From Aulosira sp. ZfuVER01 (GTDB lineage Bacteria; Cyanobacteriota; Cyanobacteriia; Cyanobacteriales; Nostocaceae), in NCBI GenBank assembly GCA_034530615.2, contig JAVRCV020000002.1, positions 1-58,198 of the forward strand: DNA of 58,198 nt, written 5' to 3'. Below, piece by piece: positions 31,100 through 39,177 of the stretch (the stretch's first letter is position 1; each line of letters begins with the position of its first letter). A program made the translations under genes and the position numbers. The notes under the pieces are model-generated. The model searched no databases, was not told where the DNA came from, and saw only the letters and a list, made by a program, of their open reading frames with translations.

Positions 31100-34000
31100 T
31101 TAAAATTTCAGATTCAACTGAGAGGGATCTGGATATACGCGCCATTCATAGATGCGATCGCCATCAAAGCGATAGATATCTGTACAAGGAACTTGAATAA
31201 AGCGCTTGTCAACTTTGTTGACATAATTCGCATCCATTTCCAGAATCACAGTGTTACCAACTTCCCATGTTCCTCTAGCATTATGGGTTGTCAGTTTCAG
31301 AACTTTGTAGATATTAACCAAAAAGTCTCGACAAGCTTCAGGGCCTACTACAGGGTCGTTAGCACCAACTTTGTAGAGTAAGTTGGGTGTGAAGAAGCTC
31401 ATGAATTCATCCCAATTTTCAGCGTGCAATGCTTCATACATTTTCCCAATAATTGTTAGCAAGGAACCGTTGCTAGCAGGTGCTTTCGCAGCTTGGGGTT
31501 GCACTTTTTCTGTTTGGAATACTGGACTAATGTCCATGTAAATTCTCAGTTCTTGGACTTTATCCCCCTTGAAGATGATAGTGTCACAACAAGGCAGTCG
31601 GAAAACTTTACCATCATGACGGATGTAGGTAACTTCCATTTCACAGATCACTGTGTCATCCTGTTCCCACATATGTTTGATGTGGTGGTAACATTGGGCA
31701 ACTGTGTTCAAGAAGTCAGTTGAACTTTCTCTAATTCCTTGAGGGCCATAAGCAACTGGGAAGTTACTAAATTGGTAGTGAGCATCTTCGGTGTAGAACT
31801 TGACAAAGTTTTCTACATTCATCGATTCGCCTGCTTCAAACATCCGTCTGACAATTTCAGACTTGGTTCCAGGACGTGTGAGTGACTGAGTCATAGTTTT
31901 GTCATCCTTGTTTGTGATATTTTCTACACTTTGTTTTAGTTGTGCGACCGCCAGACGGATATTTTCTGGTTTAGCTGTCTCAATAAATCCTTGTGCATCT
32001 TTGTGCTGTAGTGCACTTTCACTAACAGGTTGCAAATCAATTGTGAAAGTTACTATCGGTAAAGCACCAGGTTCTTGAGGTGGATACAGATAATTAATAA
32101 ACCGACCTGTAAATAGAGGGTGATCTACAAGATTAATCGTGAGACTTCCCGCTTGGCGATCGATGGTAACTCTTTGCTTCATCTCCATGCCGGGCATTTT
32201 GACTTCGCGCAGAACTCCATCGCTATAACGTTCTAAAATGGGAAACTTATCAGTGTAAGCTTGCTCCATCCAAACTTGCCAAATCTTCTCTACTGGAGCA
32301 TTAATAGTAGAACTATATGTTCCATACAAACGGTGGTTTGTATTGGCAGTGATGGCGGAAGTTGTCGGTGCGGAATTATTGTAAAACCAGTAGTTTGTGC
32401 CGTTAGCTTGGTTATATTCCTTTTGGGCAATGCTAAATCTTTCTTTAGCTTTCCTTCTAACTTGGTTAAATTCTAATTGTTCACCATTTGGACCTTTACA
32501 GTAGAATAAAGACCAACCGTCAAAATCGGCAATAAAGTCTACCTTGGCATATTTTAGAGGCGCATTTTTTCTCGCAGTTTCCGAATCAATATGAATAATT
32601 CGGTTAGCAACGACGTTAGTCAGTCCGCGACTTTGGCATTCATCTTCTAACATCTTGGCAAAGTCATTGATATCCACATCATCCTTTACATAAAAAGAAA
32701 GGTGTGGTGCGTTGACATAACCAATGCCTGAAGGTATCTTACCAATACAATTTGGTGCTTGAGAGTTTAATTTAGCATCTCTAAAATGGATGAGTTCAAC
32801 ACAAGTGTTACCAAAGGAAATAAATCTTACATCCAAGGCTTCTTGTGAGCCATCTCTAATATTAGGGACACCTATGGTTTTGGGATTAAGACCTTGCTTC
32901 AATGCTTCTAATTCTTCTTTTTGAAAAAGCAGATTGTGCAAGTCTTCACCAACAAATCCATCTCCACCAATTGCGACTTTTCCACCCAACACGTCAATGT
33001 AAAATTCTAGGGCTTTTGTCATATCATTAACGGTTATGCCTACGTGTTGCAAACCTTGGAGATAATGACCTAAACTGCTAGATTTTCCGTTGACCTGGCT
33101 AGGCATAAGAGATACTACGTCCTCTTTTAATTGATTGGTGGCTCCATTTTGAATCAGCGACGCTACTTGTCCGTTCATCAGAGATACTATGTCCTCTTTT
33201 AATTGATTAGTGGCTCCTACACTTTGGATAAGCGACGCTACCTTGGAACTGCGTTGACCAGCTAAGGTGATCTGACTGTTGTATACAAAGGTATAAGCCG
33301 TTCTTTCGGGAAATGGCTGAATTTGTTTGATATATCTAGCTGCATCTTGAGTTGCAGCTGCATACTCAGAAGAAGCAAAAAACTTTTCTCTTTCCAAATG
33401 ATTAGCAAAAGCAATTTCATAAGCTGCATGATATTGCTTGGCTTCTGGTTCGTAATGACTTACCCCAGCTGCATCGGGACGGGAATTATCTACTTCTTCA
33501 AATAGGTGCAAGCGCAACTTCAGTACTGCATCGCTACTGCTGACTTTGGGAGCAAAAGTCTCGCTCAGATAGCGACGGAATGCTTCTGTACTGACGCTAT
33601 CAGCTTTTTTGACTAAGACGTGAAATTTGATGGCTCCGACTTCGCCGTTGGGGTCGCCAGTGGGGATGCGGTCGATATATGTGATGGAATTGCCAGGGTT
33701 GGTGTTGTAACCGATGGCTTTACGGAACAAATTATGTTCGTCATCCATCAAAATAGCTGACGCTTTAAACCAGGTATTACGGTCAGCTTCACTTTCAAAA
33801 GTTAACTCTGCAATCCCATCAAAGTTATCTTCTGCATCCCATCTGTAATCCAACCCGGCGATTTCTGGCCACAACCCACCTTCGTTATGCGCTACATGAA
33901 ACTGCCAGTATTGATATTGTCCTGGTAGTCTGGCGCAGACTGGGCCGTGTACGTCTTTCCAATAATTATCAAAAAGCTCTAGGGAAATGGACTCCCGTTT

Positions 34001-34465
34001 CCACAGGAGTACATAAAAAGCTACTTTTCCTTGACGATCCCTTGCTGAATAATCAGCTTGGTTTGATTTTTCGGGCGCTGAAACCATTGCTGCTTTCCTT
34101 GGTATGTAATTGACATTGTCAAAAATCTGATTCAGGGCGGCGAAGCAAGGCGCGACCTTATTAAAGCCCGCATAAACGCATAAGAACAGCAGCAGTTCTT
34201 CAATTTCATCGCGGGTGGCTCCTTGTTTGAGAGCCATATTCACATGGGCGGCGAAGGGGTTTCCTGGACCTCTATGATCCTGATTGACTACATCAATAGC
34301 GATGGTAATCAGAGCCTTAGTTTTTTGGTCAATTAGTGGTAAACCCCAAGCTTCACCTGCTACCCGAATTACAAAGTCACCAAACTTGGGATTGATTTGT
34401 TTTAAATTCTTTTGCAGTTCTGGGTCATCGAGGACGGCATTTTTAACTGCTAACTCCAGTTTCAT
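31100..34465 (-). CDS. 1121-aa fusion: CMD-like, tandem EthD-like, VOC, SRPBCC/AtaL-like, two SnoaL/NTF2 domains
   Basis: CMD (GEAWGLPLIDQKTKALIT...GATRDEIEE); EthD (FDNYWKDVHGP, DGIAELTFES); VOC (QHVGITV...ELIHF...HLSF...EQLEF); SRPBCC (INAPVEKIW); SnoaL (FYTEDAHY...ELRIYMD and FFTPNLLY...EWRVYPD). Confidence 0.8.
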   Translation of the reverse strand: MKLELAVKNAVLDDPELQKNLKQINPKFGDFVIRVAGEAWGLPLIDQKTKALITIAIDVVNQDHRGPGNPFAAHVNMALKQGATRDEIEELLLFLCVYAGFNKVAPCFAALNQIFDNVNYIPRKAAMVSAPEKSNQADYSARDRQGKVAFYVLLWKRESISLELFDNYWKDVHGPVCARLPGQYQYWQFHVAHNEGGLWPEIAGLDYRWDAEDNFDGIAELTFESEADRNTWFKASAILMDDEHNLFRKAIGYNTNPGNSITYIDRIPTGDPNGEVGAIKFHVLVKKADSVSTEAFRRYLSETFAPKVSSSDAVLKLRLHLFEEVDNSRPDAAGVSHYEPEAKQYHAAYEIAFANHLEREKFFASSEYAAATQDAARYIKQIQPFPERTAYTFVYNSQITLAGQRSSKVASLIQSVGATNQLKEDIVSLMNGQVASLIQNGATNQLKEDVVSLMPSQVNGKSSSLGHYLQGLQHVGITVNDMTKALEFYIDVLGGKVAIGGDGFVGEDLHNLLFQKEELEALKQGLNPKTIGVPNIRDGSQEALDVRFISFGNTCVELIHFRDAKLNSQAPNCIGKIPSGIGYVNAPHLSFYVKDDVDINDFAKMLEDECQSRGLTNVVANRIIHIDSETARKNAPLKYAKVDFIADFDGWSLFYCKGPNGEQLEFNQVRRKAKERFSIAQKEYNQANGTNYWFYNNSAPTTSAITANTNHRLYGTYSSTINAPVEKIWQVWMEQAYTDKFPILERYSDGVLREVKMPGMEMKQRVTIDRQAGSLTINLVDHPLFTGRFINYLYPPQEPGALPIVTFTIDLQPVSESALQHKDAQGFIETAKPENIRLAVAQLKQSVENITNKDDKTMTQSLTRPGTKSEIVRRMFEAGESMNVENFVKFYTEDAHYQFSNFPVAYGPQGIRESSTDFLNTVAQCYHHIKHMWEQDDTVICEMEVTYIRHDGKVFRLPCCDTIIFKGDKVQELRIYMDISPVFQTEKVQPQAAKAPASNGSLLTIIGKMYEALHAENWDEFMSFFTPNLLYKVGANDPVVGPEACRDFLVNIYKVLKLTTHNARGTWEVGNTVILEMDANYVNKVDKRFIQVPCTDIYRFDGDRIYEWRVYPDPSQLNLKF
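33104..33241 (-). repeat. In-frame tandem duplication (about 72 nt) in the EthD-VOC linker
   Basis: VASLIQSVGATNQLKEDIVSLM followed by VASLIQNGATNQLKEDVVSLM. Confidence 0.85.
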
Positions 34466-35819
34466 CTCACGCGGTAGTGATCAATCTAATTAGTTCGGTA
34501 GGAGCATAAACATCACGGTAGAAAGTTAGTTGCTCTGTTTTCAGATAGCAAGCACCGCGATGACCGCGACGTACCCATGTCACATTACCTTTGGCCAGAG
34601 TTTCGTTGGTTTCGTCGTCCACACACTTCCACTCAAAGTAAGTATGCTCACCATAAAACATGACAATTGGCCAGCACATGGTAACGCCTGGTTGTGCAAT
34701 CAATGCCCACCAGTGCTTTTCTCTTTCTTTTTGTTGTTCTAAACCGCGATAGGGGCCGTCTTGACAGAAATAAACTAAGTCATCACGATATTCTCCAGTT
34801 AGGATATCGCCTCTTCCTTGTCTCAACGCCTCACAATGAGTAGGCCACCACTCTCTGTTTTCTCTTTCAATTTGTTCGAGGGTGTAATAGGGGCCAATTT
34901 CGGGCAACTTTGATTCTTTCATTGCCACAATTTTTTCTGCATCCTCGATCAGTTTCTTGGCTACATAAGAGCTAACAAGTCCTGGACGAGAATAGTCCGC
35001 CGACAAACCTTCGTAATAATTGGTGCGCTTTTTCGTTGGTTGTGGCTTGCTTTGGGCGGCTTGCGCAGCAGAAGAAGTATGACCGTTGGTTTGTGGGGTG
35101 TAGGGATTGTAATTGAGCATGAGAGATTCTATATCCTCCTTAAGTTGATTGACTGCGCCAATTTCTGTAATCAGTTCTGCTACCGAGGAACTACGCTGAC
35201 CAGCTAAGGTCATTTGAGAGTTATATACAAAGGTATAAGCCGTTCTTTCGGGAAATGGCTGAATTTGTTTGATATATTTAGCAGCATCTTGAGTTGCCGC
35301 TGCATACTCCCAAGAAGCAAAAAACTTTTCTCTTTCCAGATGATTGGCGAAAGCAATTTCATAAGCCGCATGATATTGCTTGGCTTCTGGTTCGTAATGA
35401 CTTACCCCAGCTGCATCAGGACGAGAATTATCTACTTCTTCAAATAGGTGCAAGCGCAACTTCAGTACTGCATCGCTACTGCTGACTTTGGGAGCAAAAG
35501 TCTCGCTCAGATAGCGACGGAATGCTTCTGTACTGACGCTATCAGCTTTTTTGACTAAGACGTGAAATTTGATGGCTCCGACTTCGCCGTTGGGGTCGCC
35601 AGTGGGGATGCGGTCGATATATGTGATGGAATTGCCAGGGTTGGTGTTGTAACCGATGGCTTTACGGAACAAATTATGTTCGTCATCCATCAAAATAGCT
35701 GACGCTTTAAACCAGGTATTACGGTCAGCTTCACTTTCAAAAGTTAACTCTGCAATCCCATCAAAGTTATCTTCTGCATCCCATCTGTAATCCAACCCGG
35801 CGATTTCTGGCCACAACCC
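33483..35819. repeat. 395-bp identical direct repeat (33483-33877 = 35425-35819) within about 800-bp paralogous EthD regions
   Basis: Base-by-base comparison at offset 1942 showed no mismatch in the core; the flanks show scattered differences. Confidence 0.9.
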
Positions 35820-36029
35820 GCCTTCGTTGTGCGCTACATGAAACTGCCAGTATTGATATTGTCCTGGTAGTCTAGCGCAGACTGGGCCATGTACATCTCT
35901 CCAATAGTTATCAAAAATCTCTAAGGAGATTCCTTGTCGTTTCCACAAGAGTACGTAGAAGGCTACTTTTCCTTTGTGATCCCGTGCTGAATAATCAACT
36001 TTTGTTGCCTTGTTGATTGTTGAAACCAT
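34467..36029 (-). CDS. EthD-like domains fused to a C-terminal NTF2-like domain
   Basis: The first ~300 aa are nearly identical to the EthD part of the downstream fusion. The C-terminal ~190 aa (EYRDDLVYFCQDG...YFEWKC) look NTF2/SnoaL-like. The stop is 1 nt before the next ATG. Confidence 0.75.
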   Translation of the reverse strand: MVSTINKATKVDYSARDHKGKVAFYVLLWKRQGISLEIFDNYWRDVHGPVCARLPGQYQYWQFHVAHNEGGLWPEIAGLDYRWDAEDNFDGIAELTFESEADRNTWFKASAILMDDEHNLFRKAIGYNTNPGNSITYIDRIPTGDPNGEVGAIKFHVLVKKADSVSTEAFRRYLSETFAPKVSSSDAVLKLRLHLFEEVDNSRPDAAGVSHYEPEAKQYHAAYEIAFANHLEREKFFASWEYAAATQDAAKYIKQIQPFPERTAYTFVYNSQMTLAGQRSSSVAELITEIGAVNQLKEDIESLMLNYNPYTPQTNGHTSSAAQAAQSKPQPTKKRTNYYEGLSADYSRPGLVSSYVAKKLIEDAEKIVAMKESKLPEIGPYYTLEQIERENREWWPTHCEALRQGRGDILTGEYRDDLVYFCQDGPYRGLEQQKEREKHWWALIAQPGVTMCWPIVMFYGEHTYFEWKCVDDETNETLAKGNVTWVRRGHRGACYLKTEQLTFYRDVYAPTELIRLITTA

Positions 36030-36596
36030 GCTTGCTGTCCTTTGTCCACACTATGGTTAAACTCTCTTGATGTCACACTCTACTTATGTCACTCTGGGTA
36101 ACAAAAAAGCTCAACTTTAGGGAAAATTAAGGTCTTAGTATTGTCATCTCTACGTTAGTATGAGGTGACAAAAAATGCGTCAGCGAAAACCTCAAATTCT
36201 CTGATGAAAGTGCCTCAAACTGGCTACGACAGCTATCACCATCATCAATATCAAGAGATTTTTCTCGTTTGGGAAGCGAGCGATTGGTGGCGATCGCATT
36301 CGGATCTGAATAGAAACAACATTTTCTTCGATCCTGTAATATACGAGCCTGCGAGAGAGTGTTTGGAATATCCTAATGAAGGCACTTTAACCGCTACTTC
36401 CTGACTCCTCACCTTCTCAAAATCCTGCTCGTTGTCCCTTAGTATGTAGTCTTTCCCGTAATAAATGAGGGAAATAAGATGGTCTTATAGGCAGGCTAAA
36501 GATGATGTCTCTTTAATCTCTGCATATTTCCATCGCACTCACTTTCTGGGACTACATCTCGGTATTTACTGATTTCGGAAAATCCTAAATATTTTC

Positions 36597-36944
36597 TTAG
36601 GATGGTGTATCCAGTATTTCGTTTAGTACGCCAAAGCAGCCAGCTACCTTATTGAAACCTGCGTAAACACACACAAACAATAGCAGCTCTTCAATCTCCT
36701 CACGAGTTGCACCTTGCTTGAGCGCCATATTGACATGAGCGCCAAAAGGATTACCCGGGCCAACCTGATCCTGATTGACTGCATCAATAGCGATCGTAAT
36801 CAGAGCCTTAGTTTTTTGGTCAATTAATGGCAAACCCCAAGCTTCACCTGCTACCCTGGTCACAAAGTCGCCAAACTTGGGATTGATTTGTTTTAAACCC
36901 TCTTGAAGTTCTATATCATCTAAAACCGCATTTTTGTATTTCAT
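36597..36944 (-). CDS. Carboxymuconolactone decarboxylase (CMD/AhpD-like) family protein
   Basis: Close paralog of the N-terminus of the 1121-aa fusion; HVNMALKQGATREEIEE; no CxxC. Confidence 0.88.
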   Translation of the reverse strand: MKYKNAVLDDIELQEGLKQINPKFGDFVTRVAGEAWGLPLIDQKTKALITIAIDAVNQDQVGPGNPFGAHVNMALKQGATREEIEELLLFVCVYAGFNKVAGCFGVLNEILDTPS

Positions 36945-37419
36945 TGCCTGACTTTTCCCTAATCATCTAAGTAGTCATATTTTTATGAACTGCGTACACT
37001 GTCAAACATAAAAATCAGAAATCAGTACTCAAAAGTCAGTATGGGGCAGATTTAAACCAAGATTCTGACAAGATTAATTCTGAATCCTATTTTCTATCTT
37101 TTAGGTGTAATCAGTATCTAGCCAATATTCAGCATAAACCCGGAAAAGTATATTTGCAATTTTTGACCATATATGTTTCTTAGAAAATATTGGCATGACT
37201 CTATTTTCTTCTCACCGTTAATTTAATAACTTGTTACATAAGGATATGTAGGGAAATCAAATTTGCTGTTCTATAGGTCATTTATAAATTAAAAATAAAA
37301 TTTTTCTCCAGTGGGTCAGACACCTCGAAACAAAATAAATTATTGGTCAAGTTGACCATTTCCCAAGCCCAACTCTGCTGTTTCAACTAGTGCATTACGC
37401 ACTATATAAACCAGCTTAC

Positions 37420-37525
37420 AGACTTAAGATTTACTTTATAAATTAGCATTGAACCTATTTTGGCAAATTAGAAGACTTAAGATTTACTTTATAAATTAGC
37501 ATTGAACCTATTTTGGCAAATTAGA
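37420..37525. repeat. Perfect 53-bp tandem duplication
   Basis: AGACTTAAGATTTACTTTATAAATTAGCATTGAACCTATTTTGGCAAATTAGA twice (37420-37472 and 37473-37525). Confidence 0.95.
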
Positions 37526-38330
37526 CCCAAACTGTCAGATATTAACTCATAAACAGAGCAATTTTACTTTTATATCTCTATAGCCAAGCCTTTCGTTACT
37601 TTAGATAGCTTTGATCGCAAACCTTAAAGATGTTGACCGATAAATAGCAGATTATTTTTCATTAATAGTTATAGTTTCAGATCTATAGTATACTCCTACA
37701 CTCAATTTTCAATGACTAATTGGTTATATACGAATTTAGTTTTTTCAATACACGGGATAATTTGTCTTATCTGCATAATTGTGATGAAGGAGAATATTAC
37801 CAGCATCGCTTTTGTATACTAAATTACCAAAAATATACAAAATCTAACCTAGTAATTTTACTTAATTTATTGGCAAAATTGCAATTTTTTAAGTATTTAC
37901 GCAGAAAAATTGTATTCAAAATTTATCTTTGCAAGTAATAATACGCAAAAAATCTTTCATCGCTGATGTTGCAAAAACTGTTGGTATTTTGGTAAAATTT
38001 ACATACTTATCTGAATAAACTGCATAAATATTCTACGTATTTTTATTTATGTTAATAGTTTTTTTTAAAACTGCACTACTAAGAAATTTGCAAGCGATCG
38101 CAGTCCAAAGTTGGATAAAACGGCAGAAGCTGCTCAAAATGTTATTTCAAATTTTAATACTCAGCCCTAAGATAGACTATAACAGAGCGCTAAGTGCTAG
38201 CCCTGAAATAGCTCGATAACTTAATATTGGAATATGGGTGACTTTACTTGTGTAATCAAGCGTGTTGTTTGTATAAAATTTAACATTATAAACGGATTGA
38301 CAAGTTATGGAATGAAGTAACTTAATTTTG

Positions 38331-38441
38331 ATATAGGACTCTTATTTGATTGTTAAAAAATTCAGTACACTTCTACCTGCCTTGTTCCTGATTTCCTAAC
38401 TCAGCAACTAAGTTTCTCCCAATTAAATCGGATTGCCATAT
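38331..38441. mobile_element. MITE-like element
   Basis: Ends ATATAGGACTCTTATTTGATT / AATTAAATCGGATTGCCATAT, same type as 14624-14812. Confidence 0.55.
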
Positions 38442-39177
38442 TTTCATTTAGGGTGCAATATGGACAATTTGGGTAAGTTCCATCAAGATAAACTTTATTT
38501 TGGCTAAATTTGCTTGAATTGTCGATAAAACTGAAATAATAATTCTAAGTCAAATAACTTTATCAAAGACAAAAGCTGTTTGCAGCAAGCTCCAATGCAT
38601 CAGAAGCATTTGAAGCCTCTACCCTTTATCTATAAGGTTTTGTCACCCTGCTCTGTGCGTTAACTATATGCTGGCTAAAACTCCGATCTACGAGCAAACT
38701 CTGACAATTATGAGCCAATTATCAAAGACCGCTTAAACTTCAAGTTTCTTAATAGGTAAAGCGCACGATTACGGATAATTAAAGTAAAAAGATGAAAAAA
38801 CCTTGAGAGAAAATTAACTGGAAGATTTAAATTAGGAATATGCCATTTGATGGCATATTTAAGATGTATTTTCTTAAATAATATTAATACCAATAGCGTT
38901 AAAGAAAAACTTTTGTTATTAAATCAAAAGCATCTTAGTATTGTTACAAGCATAACATTCTGTCAGAAATTGCTGAGAACGTATTCTGCTAGATATCAAA
39001 GTCCGCAAAATCTAACTAATCTACCTGCTTGTGCGATCGCCAAGAAGAAGTTTGAAAGACTCTAGGATTATTTAGAAATAAGTCTCTTAGTTATTTTTTG
39101 TTGATGACTGTTTAAATACTTGTAAGAGATGTTAGTTGAAGTTATTACTAATGGTTGTGTAAGGAGACAGTTTCATC

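Noticed and set aside
31162..36289. HIP1-free stretch as evidence of horizontal transfer
   Set aside because: Gaps of 3-4 kb also occur in housekeeping parts of the window, so one 5-kb gap is not convincing without statistics.
36165..36404. 79-aa + strand ORF within the cluster
   Set aside because: GTG start, no clear RBS and no motif; cannot be supported.
37420..37525. CRISPR array
   Set aside because: Two abutting copies with no spacer and no cas genes; it is a simple tandem duplication.
37720..39065. Short ORFs in the AT-rich spacer
   Set aside because: K/L/F/I-rich compositions typical of chance ORFs in AT-rich DNA.
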